NCBI GenBank assembly: GCA_021399345.1
Contig: JAAFKI010000045.1
Location: forward strand, 1 to 64,000
Reading direction: 5' to 3'
Length of the DNA stretch: 64,000 nucleotides
Source: Candidatus Heimdallarchaeota archaeon
Lineage (GTDB): Archaea; Asgardarchaeota; Heimdallarchaeia; Heimdallarchaeales; Heimdallarchaeaceae
The notes under the pieces are model-generated. The model was not told the DNA's origin and made no database searches. It saw only the letters and a program-made list of their open reading frames with translations. Below are positions 31,456 through 41,838 of this stretch, piece after piece (the first letter of the stretch is position 1; each line of letters opens with the position of its first letter). Both the position numbers and the translations under genes were made by a program.

Positions 31456-32505
31456 TTATTTCTTTAATTTTGTTAGAGCGATTTGCTCAAAACCTAAAGC
31501 ATTTGACATCACAGCATCATCTGGTTGTAATACTTCATTGGTGTTCTTAACTATGTTAGCTTCAAAGAAGGCTTGTTTTAGATAATCACCAAAGATATAA
31601 GCTCCTCCACCACAAACAATAACTTTCTCAATCCAAGCATCAGGCGGAAGATTGTTGAGCAGTCGATTGCTTTCATCAACAATCACGTCGGCAATAGAAG
31701 TAACTGCTTGATCCATTGCTGACCCAATATCTAGGGCTTTTCCACCAACTAGAATATTTTTTTTACCTTGTTCAATAGCTGTCATCAGGTCAAATGGTCT
31801 TATGATTTTGCCAGCTTTTTCTTGAATTGCTCTAGATAAAGCATTTGTTAAACTGTCAACAGCTTCTTCTAAAGAACCTGATGCAGCTCTCATCATATTA
31901 CCTTTATACATACATAGAATGTCAGTAGTTCCATGACCAACATCTACAATTATAGAATCTACTGCAGTTTGAACACCACTTGTTTTTAGTGTATGCCAGT
32001 AAGTTCCGTAAGGTTCTGGTGCGATAAATACTTGTTCAATCAAGATTTTCATCTGTTTTGATTCACCAGTAGCATCATTTCGAACCTTAATTTCGTGAGT
32101 TCCTTTGAGACCTCTACTTAATTCCTTACTCTCATCAACACCAGTTGCGATGGGAACACCTGTAGCGACTACAAATTGTTCATAACTGGATTTCATAATA
32201 AGACTCAAAATAGCTTTCAAAGCTAGAAGACTATTTTGAATTGATTTCATCTTCCCTTCTGAAGCTAAAGGCTTTCTGATCTCACTCTGCAATCTAGCTA
32301 ATTCACCTATGTAAATTTCATGTCCCTTTGCATCTTCTATGATAAGATTGTTTAGCCAACTTTTATCAGAAGACATACCTTGCCAACCAGGATTAGGTGT
32401 TCCTATAACAGAAGGAATCCTATACTTCAAATCTCCTGAAGTAAGTTTTATTGTGCTTGTTCCTAAATCAATTCCAACAGCATTTGTCATTGGTGCGATA
32501 GGCAT
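31456..32505 (-). CDS. Actin-like ATPase, ParM/StbA-like
   Basis: Phosphate-1 GIDLGTSTIK, IPSVIG, YIGELAR, TGVP, connect-1 APEPYG, phosphate-2 VDVGHGTTD, adenosine CGGGA, SNALGF; GGTGA RBS before ATG 32505. Confidence 0.85.
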   Translation of the reverse strand: MPIAPMTNAVGIDLGTSTIKLTSGDLKYRIPSVIGTPNPGWQGMSSDKSWLNNLIIEDAKGHEIYIGELARLQSEIRKPLASEGKMKSIQNSLLALKAILSLIMKSSYEQFVVATGVPIATGVDESKELSRGLKGTHEIKVRNDATGESKQMKILIEQVFIAPEPYGTYWHTLKTSGVQTAVDSIIVDVGHGTTDILCMYKGNMMRAASGSLEEAVDSLTNALSRAIQEKAGKIIRPFDLMTAIEQGKKNILVGGKALDIGSAMDQAVTSIADVIVDESNRLLNNLPPDAWIEKVIVCGGGAYIFGDYLKQAFFEANIVKNTNEVLQPDDAVMSNALGFEQIALTKLKK

Positions 32506-32802
32506 ATTTTTCACCACAGTTTTTATCTCATGATTTCATTATTTAAACCATTTGTAAGTTCACAAGCAAAGTTAATCACCAAGCTCTTTGCACTTACTGT
32601 ATTTCATTCTAATATACTTAAATTACTATAAAAGCTCGAGGTTCAATTCCATAGTTTTTTATTCCAATTATTAAAATGTAAAAAGCATAAATTTAAAGGT
32701 TTCAACGCTTTAAAGTTAATCATAAGATTATATACCACTGGAAAAAGTATATAAATGCATGTGCTATTTTACGGCTAGCACACGTAAACCCAGGTGATAA
32801 TT

Positions 32803-33366
32803 ATGGGCATATTTCAGCAAGATATGGACGAACTAGAGGTGAGGGCCCAGATTGATCGTGTCCTACGACAATCAGCTCAACTATTTACAACTGAGAATGG
32901 TAAAAGAGTTCGTTTAAACGAAGCAATTCGTTTGCGAGAATTTAATGCAGTTATGGGGTTGATTATAGCTTATAGTGCAGGTGCTTTCTTAAGCGTCGAC
33001 CGATTTAGAATCGAAGATGCACATCCCATCCGCTATAAAAGAATCATAAACAGATTAAACTGTTATAGTGGTCAAGTAAACTCAGCTTTAATGCTTGAGT
33101 TATTACGTCTAAGGGATCAAACTAAGATAAGCAAATATGAACTAATTAGAGTAGTTCAGAGCAAATACTTTAATCACAAACCTGTTGGGACTAGAGATAT
33201 CACTGAATCTCTTAACAGAATGTTAAGAAAAACAATGGACGAATATTTCAGCTTTGAGAATAGATATTTCAGAAGAGGCCCATTCGAACTTCGTATAGTT
33301 GAAGTTCCACGCAACACCCCATACGAATTAGCAAAAATTAGCGTAGATAACGTAATTCAATTCTAA
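32803..33366 (+). CDS. Basic (Arg-rich) hypothetical protein
   Basis: AGGTGA RBS, TATA (TATAAA) upstream, divergent from the actin-like gene. Confidence 0.7.
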   Translation: MGIFQQDMDELEVRAQIDRVLRQSAQLFTTENGKRVRLNEAIRLREFNAVMGLIIAYSAGAFLSVDRFRIEDAHPIRYKRIINRLNCYSGQVNSALMLELLRLRDQTKISKYELIRVVQSKYFNHKPVGTRDITESLNRMLRKTMDEYFSFENRYFRRGPFELRIVEVPRNTPYELAKISVDNVIQF

Positions 33367-33472
33367 ACACTCATCTCTTTTGTAAGGAAGTTGTCTTATC
33401 TTTTTTTGCTATTCAATGTTTAAAATCAATCTAATTATTATAATGGATTTAAAACTGGAAAAGAAAGGAGTT

Positions 33473-34231
33473 TCAGATGTTCTGGACGTATTCCAATCTT
33501 TGTTCTACAGCTAATTGAGTGAGTTTTTGAATAGGTTTAACAATCAACCAAACTGAATCTGGTCTCTTATCTATTCGTAATCTATTACTATCATCAAAAT
33601 GCTCATCTCTTTTTGGAGATGTTAGGATAGAAAGTAATTCATTCCTTGCATTTAAACAGCTTCCAGTTAATACTAAGTTTGCGGCTTTATCACTATGAAT
33701 AGCACCTTCATCAAGTAGATTTTGGATAATATCTCTTTTATCAAGTCTTTCCTCAGTGGGTAAATCAGATTTGTTGATATAAGCAACTACAGGAATCTCA
33801 GATCCAAATTTCTCACCTACTATTTCCTTAGCTTCCTTAATAATCGCTTCATTTTGCTCCTTTGCTGTTTTTTCGAAGTTCAAAAATAGAATTACTGCAT
33901 CGACACCTTTCATGACAATATCTCTCTGAACCTTGTGTCTTTCTTCTCCAGGAACTGTCCAGAGTTGGTATCGCAATCTATCAAAATTATTTCCTTTAAA
34001 TGGAGGTGTTTGAAAGACACCTTGATCAAAAAATACTGTACGACCTGAATCATCTTGTATTTTTGTTAATGACGAAACAATAGTTTTTGGATTCTCCATT
34101 CTTCTGAGTGCATTAAAAACTGTCAACATGCTTGTTTTACCACTCATCGGAGGTCCAAACAGAACTATCTTAATTGTTGGTTTTCCTTCCCTATCAACTG
34201 AAAAAAGGTTAGATAACTCTAGTTGACTCAT
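33473..34231 (-). CDS. MglA/Arf-like small GTPase (paralog 1)
   Basis: KIVLFGPPMSGKTS, GRTVFFD, QLWTVPGE, NKSD. Confidence 0.85.
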   Translation of the reverse strand: MSQLELSNLFSVDREGKPTIKIVLFGPPMSGKTSMLTVFNALRRMENPKTIVSSLTKIQDDSGRTVFFDQGVFQTPPFKGNNFDRLRYQLWTVPGEERHKVQRDIVMKGVDAVILFLNFEKTAKEQNEAIIKEAKEIVGEKFGSEIPVVAYINKSDLPTEERLDKRDIIQNLLDEGAIHSDKAANLVLTGSCLNARNELLSILTSPKRDEHFDDSNRLRIDKRPDSVWLIVKPIQKLTQLAVEQRLEYVQNI

Positions 34232-34324
34232 ATGTATTTGTTTAGAGAATTAGTATATAAAATTATACATAATTTTGTACATTTTTTTGGTGTTTAAATA
34301 TAGTGATGTAATTACTAATCTGAA

Positions 34325-34490
34325 GGATTGTAGACATGCACCAACTTTATGGTGATCCTCGGGTTTACATCCAACAATCATCCAAAAGCGAACTGTAAGC
34401 ATCTTTGCGTAAAGATGTGGGCGGGGTAGGAGGGGATGTGGCGTCCCCATGATTTGCCTTAAGCACTTCTAAAGAATTTGTACAAAATTC
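34325..34490 (+). ncRNA. Candidate structured ncRNA of unknown class
   Basis: GC-rich island with four hairpins whose G-U pairs favour the + strand; TTTAAATA at 34293-34300 about 25 nt upstream. Confidence 0.5.
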
Positions 34491-34547
34491 ATGTCATAGT
34501 AAATGGTAGTTTAATAAATGAAAAAAACGAGATTAGAAGAGGAAGTT

Positions 34548-36746
34548 CTATCTTTTACTTCTTCTTTTAATTGTTACAATTGATATACCAATACTGATAA
34601 TGATTAATCCCATCCAGAATGAAAAATCTAATGAAGCTGTTGGAAGTGGATTACCTTCAATAGCAAATGTAGCCGAATCTACAGATTTTACAGTTCGACC
34701 CGCATATCTGAAGCTTACTTTAATATGATAGTCTCCGAAATACATACTGAGATCGATTAATCCACTTTCCCAGTCATTTGTAGATGGATTATAAAGCATT
34801 GAAAATGCATCTACAGTTACTCCTTGTGAATTATATAAGAGAATCATTACAAGAACATTTTCTGAGAATGAACTCCACGCATCAAGTTGAGTGTAGCTTG
34901 CATTTCCCCTTACATAAATTCCCGTTGATTCACCGTTCAAAGTAAAAGAAGGTTCTTCAACAGCTAGAATGTGATCAATATTAATCAGATCTACAGCTGA
35001 TTCACCATATTGTGATGATCCAGATGCGATAATTGATACATCATATATTTCTTCATCAAAGGATTGCAAGGATAGTGTAATGTACCAATCAAGAGATACC
35101 GAATAATTCATAGCAAGAATTGTATAAATTGTTGAGGACCCATCAATCTGAAATTGAACATACACATCTACTCCACTTGAATCAGTAATAGGTGTTGAAT
35201 TTTCATCTAGAATAACTACATTATACAACGAAAAATTCCAATTTCCACTTACATAATTATAGCTAAGAGAATCTACTGTAAGAGGGCTACCTGGTAATAA
35301 CGTAAAATCAATATAATCTGTAGTTCCCAAACCAAATTGACTTCCAACTGAGATTATAGGTGTTGATGATGACATCAAACTAGTTATTATATATACCTCA
35401 TCTACAAGCGTTCCATTCAAGAATTCAACGATATTCACATCTTGAATGCTTTTAGTTACCGTCCATCCATTTATATCATGAACAGCGAAAGACATTCCCA
35501 AATAAGTTGAAGCTGGATCAGTTGGTTCAAACATAAGGTAATCAGGAGGTGAATTCAGTTTTGCAACATAAAGCCCATAAAAACGATTTAATTTATTAAA
35601 TTCAGATGTTGGAACTGTTGAAATTAATTCATAGTCCATCGGAATATCGAGATTATTAAAACCATATAGTCCTCCTCCGAAAGATGTATCATCTACATAT
35701 AATGCCGTAGCCCAATTTAAGAATAGATCATTAAACTCAATAGAATATCCGACACTAGCAAGAGCATTTTCAATACCAGGTGCTCCACCAGCTGTTTCAT
35801 TGACTAAGAAGGTAACAGCATCAACCCCATATTTCTCAGCTAAATAGAAAATAAAGAGATACGCGCTTCCATAATCAATACGTACATCCTTTCCACCAGA
35901 ACTCTCGTAATTCCAATATAATAATGAGTCATCAATATTATGGGCAAAATAATCTCGAGCAAAAACTGTCAAATTATTAATGACATCGTATCCATTGAGA
36001 TATTTGGCAAGTTCAGCACAACCTTCATCAACCCACCAAAATTCATCAGTATCATAATTAAAATGAATTAAATGTTGAAACTCATGAGCTAAAACTCCAT
36101 AAGTTGTAAAATAATCAACATAAACCATTTCTCTACTGTTTGATGTCAGTCCAGGTGATTCATTATTTGGATCAAAATATCCTGCAACTCCACCATCTAG
36201 ATCAGATATTAAAATTGTTACATGAAAATCACCATCGATATCTCCAAGATATCCATCAGGATCACCAAAGTAGAGAATATCATTAGGGTATATCTTTGTT
36301 TCAAATTCATCTCTCCAAGATTCTGCTTTTGTTCTTGCATTAGATAGTCCTTCTGAAGAAACTAAGCTGCTCAAAATATACACATAACTGTTTGCACCTA
36401 TAGCTAGTAATTGAGCTTCTTTCAGCACATATGTATAAGGAGCTGAGAGAAAGGAATCAATTATCCAGAAATCTCGTTTTTCATCTATAACATCTGCTTT
36501 GATTGGAACACTGATTTTTGGCAAATCATAAACAGGTTGAGGATTTTCTGACAAATATTTGTATTTCAGAACTTGTGTGGGATTTGTAGGATCACTTTTG
36601 AATAAATCGTAAGCAATCTTTGCATATTCATTTTGCTCTGAATCAAATTCAGTGTCAATTCCTAAAGTGGTATAAGAGTTCCCTAAGAGAACTATAAATG
36701 CCAAACTAATACTAAAATAAGTTATCTTTCTCGTTCTCTTATTCAT
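34548..36746 (-). CDS. Surface-anchored zinc metalloprotease (gluzincin, M30/M6-like)
   Basis: AHEFQHLIH...WVDEGCAE; signal peptide after MNKRTRK (ATG 36746, GAGGT RBS); C-terminal TM+KRRSKR. Confidence 0.82.
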   Translation of the reverse strand: MNKRTRKITYFSISLAFIVLLGNSYTTLGIDTEFDSEQNEYAKIAYDLFKSDPTNPTQVLKYKYLSENPQPVYDLPKISVPIKADVIDEKRDFWIIDSFLSAPYTYVLKEAQLLAIGANSYVYILSSLVSSEGLSNARTKAESWRDEFETKIYPNDILYFGDPDGYLGDIDGDFHVTILISDLDGGVAGYFDPNNESPGLTSNSREMVYVDYFTTYGVLAHEFQHLIHFNYDTDEFWWVDEGCAELAKYLNGYDVINNLTVFARDYFAHNIDDSLLYWNYESSGGKDVRIDYGSAYLFIFYLAEKYGVDAVTFLVNETAGGAPGIENALASVGYSIEFNDLFLNWATALYVDDTSFGGGLYGFNNLDIPMDYELISTVPTSEFNKLNRFYGLYVAKLNSPPDYLMFEPTDPASTYLGMSFAVHDINGWTVTKSIQDVNIVEFLNGTLVDEVYIITSLMSSSTPIISVGSQFGLGTTDYIDFTLLPGSPLTVDSLSYNYVSGNWNFSLYNVVILDENSTPITDSSGVDVYVQFQIDGSSTIYTILAMNYSVSLDWYITLSLQSFDEEIYDVSIIASGSSQYGESAVDLINIDHILAVEEPSFTLNGESTGIYVRGNASYTQLDAWSSFSENVLVMILLYNSQGVTVDAFSMLYNPSTNDWESGLIDLSMYFGDYHIKVSFRYAGRTVKSVDSATFAIEGNPLPTASLDFSFWMGLIIISIGISIVTIKRRSKR

Positions 36747-36817
36747 TAAAAGTGACCTCTTTAGACTATATGTGACAAATATCATTAAAAATGTTGACAA
36801 TCAAGCAATAATTCTAT

Positions 36818-37648
36818 CTATAATTTCAGTGAGATTGCTCTAACTATAATGCTTAACAGATAATTAGCTCCAATCAATACAACAGCTAAAATTACCAGTT
36901 TTACTGCTGTTAGATTTCTTTTGGCATGTTTGTTTGCAGCTGTCATCTCTTTTCCCCAGAAGGTTTCATCTTCTCTCTTGAATTCCCAATAATCAAGATA
37001 ATCCTCTCTATCTGATTCAGGATCACAAATCACTCGGATTTTGTCTTTAATTTCTTTTCCTTTTGCATCATGAGTTATAGCACTGATAAATAAAGATACA
37101 GCTTTTTTTGGAGGAGTTTTGAAGACTTTGGGAATATAGATTATTTTTTTTTCTTTGTTAATTTTACTTGGAATAGCTTTATCATTGACATATACAGAAA
37201 TGGTTTCAGGATCTATTCTGATCTCATCATATCTAATTCTGATTTGAAACTCAGATGGCGTAACTGCCTGATCATCTGGTTCAATAATTCTCATTTTTGG
37301 AGGCACATTATATCTACTCAAACCCCCCATACACCCTCCAAGTATCAGAGATGCAGCAGGGAGATAAAGAAGGGTTGTTTCGAAGATTGCTCCACCATTA
37401 AATGCAATAAGTTCACCTGAATAGAAGTATCCTCCCATAACTACGAAAACAGAGGTTTCGAAAAAGAAACCACCAACAGTTACTTCTAGAAGTACCCAGA
37501 CAAGGATTTCTATTACAATAACTATGCCACCCCATTTCAAACAAAAAAGAGCTATTAGTTTTATTTTTTCTTTCAGAGTAAGACTCAAGAAATCTATTTC
37601 TACCTTTTCTGTTTTATCTTTTCTAAATGGAAACCGCATTTCAATCAC
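36818..37648 (-). CDS. Hypothetical membrane protein with a central Ig-like/beta domain
   Basis: N- and C-terminal TMs; PPKMRIIEP...ISVYVND beta-rich segment. Confidence 0.65.
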   Translation of the reverse strand: MIEMRFPFRKDKTEKVEIDFLSLTLKEKIKLIALFCLKWGGIVIVIEILVWVLLEVTVGGFFFETSVFVVMGGYFYSGELIAFNGGAIFETTLLYLPAASLILGGCMGGLSRYNVPPKMRIIEPDDQAVTPSEFQIRIRYDEIRIDPETISVYVNDKAIPSKINKEKKIIYIPKVFKTPPKKAVSLFISAITHDAKGKEIKDKIRVICDPESDREDYLDYWEFKREDETFWGKEMTAANKHAKRNLTAVKLVILAVVLIGANYLLSIIVRAISLKL

Positions 37649-37940
37649 TTACAATGTACTTAAACAGAGCAAAAGCATAAAAGAACATCAGTAAAGCTAT
37701 GTGAACTCCGAAAATTGTCCCAACTGAACTATCATATGAACCAACAGCAATGTTTCCTGCAACAGCATAAATAAAGACAGTTCCCCCGCCAAATAATAAC
37801 GCTACACTCATTGCAAGAGCAGCCATCATTTTTATAACAACTAGATCAAATAATCTGTCTGGTTTTAGTTTATCTGGTGATGGCTTTCTTTCGGCCTTTC
37901 TTATCCTTGAGAGTGACTTCTTTTTATTCATTCTTATCAC
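37641..37940 (-). CDS. Small 2-TM membrane protein
   Basis: Basic N-terminus, two hydrophobic helices, overlaps the next gene. Confidence 0.65.
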   Translation of the reverse strand: MIRMNKKKSLSRIRKAERKPSPDKLKPDRLFDLVVIKMMAALAMSVALLFGGGTVFIYAVAGNIAVGSYDSSVGTIFGVHIALLMFFYAFALFKYIVSD

Positions 37941-38035
37941 TAATTTGGGTACATCTGCTTTGTTTGGTATATTTTATTTTCAGTTATGAAAATTTGAATT
38001 TCACTTACCACAAGATATAACTGTACTCTCTTTTT

Positions 38036-38911
38036 TTATTTCTTTGCTTTTTTCACATCATTAGAATTGTTTTGATGTAAAACGACTTTACCATCTTCTT
38101 CATCAATAAAAATCTCTTGTTGAACTTTTAATTTATCAATTACATGTCTTGGTAGCTGAATCCCGCCATAACGGTCAAGATACACATGATGCATATCACG
38201 GATTGTTTTTAGTTTTTCAGTAGGTGAATAACCAGAGATTCTACCATCTACAATTTGAATCAATCTATCTGTTGATTTAGCAACATCGAAATCATGAGTA
38301 ACCATAATCGCGGTAATTCCATGGGTTTCATTTAGGTGTTTAAAGTATTTTAAAAGCTCTCCTGCAGTTTTAGAATCAAGTTCTCCAGTTGGTTCATCTG
38401 CAAGCAAAAGTATTGGATTATGGGCGAGAGCACAAGCCAAACCTGCTCTTTGTACTTCTCCACCAGATAACTGGCTAGGTTTATGTTTTAGCCTTTTCGC
38501 TAAACCAACTTCACCTAGTAGTTCTTTTGCATCTTTTATTCGCTGTTCTCGCGGAATACCAAGTAATCGCATAGGAATTTCCACGTTTTCTAGGATATTG
38601 ATCTCCCAAATTAAGTTTCTATTAGGAATTTGCCACAAAGTTCCTACTTTAAATCGTCTATAAAGGCTTCTTGAATCCTCAGTTAGTTGGTCCAAACGAA
38701 CACCCCCCACACTAATTTGACCAGCAGAAGGATCAGTCATCCCTGCTAGAACAAGCAGAAGAGTGGTTTTTCCGCTTCCTGAAGGACCAATGATTGAAAT
38801 GAATTCTCCTTGATTAATTTCAAGTTCTATCCCTCTTAAAGCAGGAACTCTTACATTGAATTCTTTAGTGTAGTAGATTTTTATCAAGTCTCGTACTTCT
38901 ATAAATGCCAT
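38036..38911 (-). CDS. ABC transporter ATPase (LolD/MacB type) with C-terminal AbrB-like domain
   Basis: GPSGSGKT, LSGGE, LLADEPTG, H-loop VTHD; tail LDRYGGIQLP. Confidence 0.9.
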   Translation of the reverse strand: MAFIEVRDLIKIYYTKEFNVRVPALRGIELEINQGEFISIIGPSGSGKTTLLLVLAGMTDPSAGQISVGGVRLDQLTEDSRSLYRRFKVGTLWQIPNRNLIWEINILENVEIPMRLLGIPREQRIKDAKELLGEVGLAKRLKHKPSQLSGGEVQRAGLACALAHNPILLLADEPTGELDSKTAGELLKYFKHLNETHGITAIMVTHDFDVAKSTDRLIQIVDGRISGYSPTEKLKTIRDMHHVYLDRYGGIQLPRHVIDKLKVQQEIFIDEEDGKVVLHQNNSNDVKKAKK

Positions 38912-38919
38912 TTTATCAC

Positions 38920-41838
38920 CTAAGCAGATTGTCTTAATTCAGTTCCAATTTCTTGTTTTGAAGAACTTATAGTGGGTATTGCTGCTCCAACCAAAGCAGT
39001 TACAAACAGGATTGATAATACTAATGCTATTTGCCCAACTGGAAATGCCATTGAATACGGTGGAATTGTTCTATTAATTGCTAATACTGCCATAAGCATT
39101 GTTGAAGAAATATACCCAACAATTAGACCTATAATTGTTGTGAAAGCGAGTAAGGAGACATACACTGAGATATAATACTTCATCAGTTGTCTGGAAGAAA
39201 TACCTATGGCTTTCATTGTAGCTATTTCTTTTGATTTATCGATTAATTGAATGGAAGCGAACAATGCTAGAATTATTGCATTAATAGTGAAAGACATTAG
39301 GAGTGTTGAGTTAATAGCTGAGTAAAGAATTGATGATCTGGGGCTATCGGGGCTCACGAATACTTCGCCTTCAACATCAAATATGAAACCAGTACTAAAG
39401 GAGGCGATCTCAACAGCAACATCAGATATAATTGCTCCATCAGCGACTTTAACAAGAAGATAACTTATCACATCGAAAGGAGCTACTTGAATGTAGTTCA
39501 AGAAATTGATTGGTGCTACAAAGTGAAAAACCTGTGATCGGACATTAGTAGTTAATATGTCATTAACAAGAATTGGCCAGTACTTGAAAGTATCCATGAT
39601 TCTAAGAGTTATATTCTCATCCCAATAAGGAGTACCGAGTATAGGACGCATGCTTTCATTATAAGCTCTATATGTTATTGGTTTATCTTCCCATTGTTCG
39701 ATATTGTAAGCAGCTATTTCGTCCTCTTGAGCAAGTACAGATTTTGGTTCTAGATCATTAGAAGTACTAAGCTCATTCATAAGTTCAGTAAACTCAAATT
39801 TACTAAAATCATCTCTAAAATATGCCGTTTTATTATAACTAATTGGATCAACAATTAAGACCGAATATGTTAAGGCAAGATCGCCTTGAACATTATCTAA
39901 GTTAATCAAACGAACAATTGAAGTAGATTCAACAGAAGTAAGATTATCTATTGTTGCTTTTAGCGTGTGATCATCTATAGGAAAATCTCGTATCATTATA
40001 TCTGACCCAACATCATAATAAGCACTATTCAGGTTGTAATTTTGATAAGTGAAAGGAACAACAATTGATGCAACAACGAGAGAAAATGATAAACTGAGAA
40101 TTATTGAAGACCTAGCAAAACTTTTCTGATATCTACTTATCTCTCTTACACTGAGAGAAGAAATGTCCATTTTCAATTTAGTAGTTAATTTAATCAATAA
40201 GCGAGAAAATAATGGTAAAAATCTTTGGAATAAGAGTATTAAACCAAATATCATTAAAATTGTTGCAGGAATGCCTATATATCGTGCAGTAGATTCCTTA
40301 TGGGATGTTAATATTGGTAATTGATAAACTATCCATACTGTACCTGCTAAGAGTAATAGAACAATATCTACAAAGTACTTATAGAAGCGAGGTAGTGACT
40401 TCTCTACTTTACCATAATCATCAATATTCCTCTTTCTCAGTAGCGTCATCGTATTGAAAAGTTGAATAAACAATATTGCTCCAATACTGCCTAAGACGGC
40501 TACGAATACCGAAGAGAGCTCTATTTTCAAAGGAGAAGAAGTGTTTGAAAATTTCAAGAAACCTGAGCTTCTAGTTAATAAGGATGCAATAGGCGTTCCT
40601 AGAAAAATACCCACAAACAAAGAAACTCCTCCTACAATTAGCGATTCTAAGGCCAAATAAGAACCGATTTCTCCTCTATTACTTCCTCTTTCAGTTAAGA
40701 TTGTTAATTGTCTATCTCTTTTCTTTCTTACCAGATTGGCAGCATACACTGTCAGTATAATAGTTAAAGCCATAATGGGAGCAAGAAAAGCAAACATGAA
40801 AGTTTGATATAATCCATATTCATCTTTGAAACTTTCCATTAAATCGACGAGATAAGAATTAATCCGAGCATTATTAATTCCACTTAAAGTTTGATACCAT
40901 TCTTTTAGTTGGATTCCTATTGTTTTGAGAATAGTTATTTCTGTATCAATTTGAAAAGCATCAATTAAGGATACATCATAAAATAAATTTTCATAAACAG
41001 TTCCTTGACTATATGTTAGTGCAATATCATTGTTGATATTTGCAGCTGGTATCCATCGGGTAAACAAAGCTAAATTATCTTCTAATTCCAGCACATATTC
41101 AATTGGGATACCAATTGAAGATTCAATCACATTATACACAGGAAGATCGTCCAAAAAGACAATACCTGTAATATTGACAGTTGTTTGAGCTGAAGGAACT
41201 GTAAGAGAAGCACTTTTGTCTAAAGCAACAGGGATAAAGAGTGGAATTATAGAACCATTTCTAAAAGTTGTATGGTTATAAAAATCTCTAGTCATTAGAG
41301 CCAAAGCCTCATTATCACTCTCAGGTGCATGACCGTATGCAATATTACTCTCAATGAAATACCTCAATTTGAGATCGGATCCATACAATTGCATATTCGG
41401 TAAACTCGTGATATTAGTTGTAGGGTCAGTTGATTGCGTGAACGATGCTAATTTAAAAAACAAATCTCTTTGTGGAACCCGGTGAGTCATATCAATGAAT
41501 TCCATAGCATATTTAGCAACATTATCAATACTGTTGTATTGATGATATGATGCTTCAATTGGTATACCTGCTATTTCAACTTGGATGAATCTTCGAGGTT
41601 CATCAGCCAAATAAAGATCAAAAGCTTGGAATTGATAAGAATAAATAAAGAAAACATATTGTGTTATCACAGATACTGCAAGAGTTACACCTATTGCCGA
41701 AATAAGTGCATATTTCCACCCAGCTTTAAAGAGTGGTTTGAAGAGATGAAGACCAGGAGAGAACAGGAGAAGAAAAACATCTACTATAAGGAGAACTATG
41801 ACTAAAACGGGTAATAGAAGCCATAAAATAACATCCAT
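38920..41838 (-). CDS. ABC transporter permease, duplicated FtsX/MacB-type
   Basis: Two FtsX-like blocks (RQLTILTERG..., KEIATMKAIG...) with large extracellular loops; likely start MDVILW at 41838 (ORF open to 42042). Confidence 0.85.
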   Translation of the reverse strand: MDVILWLLLPVLVIVLLIVDVFLLLFSPGLHLFKPLFKAGWKYALISAIGVTLAVSVITQYVFFIYSYQFQAFDLYLADEPRRFIQVEIAGIPIEASYHQYNSIDNVAKYAMEFIDMTHRVPQRDLFFKLASFTQSTDPTTNITSLPNMQLYGSDLKLRYFIESNIAYGHAPESDNEALALMTRDFYNHTTFRNGSIIPLFIPVALDKSASLTVPSAQTTVNITGIVFLDDLPVYNVIESSIGIPIEYVLELEDNLALFTRWIPAANINNDIALTYSQGTVYENLFYDVSLIDAFQIDTEITILKTIGIQLKEWYQTLSGINNARINSYLVDLMESFKDEYGLYQTFMFAFLAPIMALTIILTVYAANLVRKKRDRQLTILTERGSNRGEIGSYLALESLIVGGVSLFVGIFLGTPIASLLTRSSGFLKFSNTSSPLKIELSSVFVAVLGSIGAILFIQLFNTMTLLRKRNIDDYGKVEKSLPRFYKYFVDIVLLLLAGTVWIVYQLPILTSHKESTARYIGIPATILMIFGLILLFQRFLPLFSRLLIKLTTKLKMDISSLSVREISRYQKSFARSSIILSLSFSLVVASIVVPFTYQNYNLNSAYYDVGSDIMIRDFPIDDHTLKATIDNLTSVESTSIVRLINLDNVQGDLALTYSVLIVDPISYNKTAYFRDDFSKFEFTELMNELSTSNDLEPKSVLAQEDEIAAYNIEQWEDKPITYRAYNESMRPILGTPYWDENITLRIMDTFKYWPILVNDILTTNVRSQVFHFVAPINFLNYIQVAPFDVISYLLVKVADGAIISDVAVEIASFSTGFIFDVEGEVFVSPDSPRSSILYSAINSTLLMSFTINAIILALFASIQLIDKSKEIATMKAIGISSRQLMKYYISVYVSLLAFTTIIGLIVGYISSTMLMAVLAINRTIPPYSMAFPVGQIALVLSILFVTALVGAAIPTISSSKQEIGTELRQSA

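Noticed and set aside
31456-32505. Bona fide Lokiactin/eukaryote-like actin
   Set aside because: Motifs (DLGTSTIK, PEPYG, CGGGA, SNALGF) fit ParM/StbA-like proteins rather than actin's DNGSG, TEAPLNP and WIGGSIL
34250-34450. 66-aa minus-strand ORF
   Set aside because: No motif or RBS support; the region is better explained by + strand RNA structure
34386-34460. Cobalamin riboswitch (ACTGTAA ... GATTTGCC resemblance), or SRP/RNase P/5S RNA
   Set aside because: Lacks the AGGGAA and B12-box core and has no downstream same-strand gene; SRP domain IV and RNase P conserved motifs are absent
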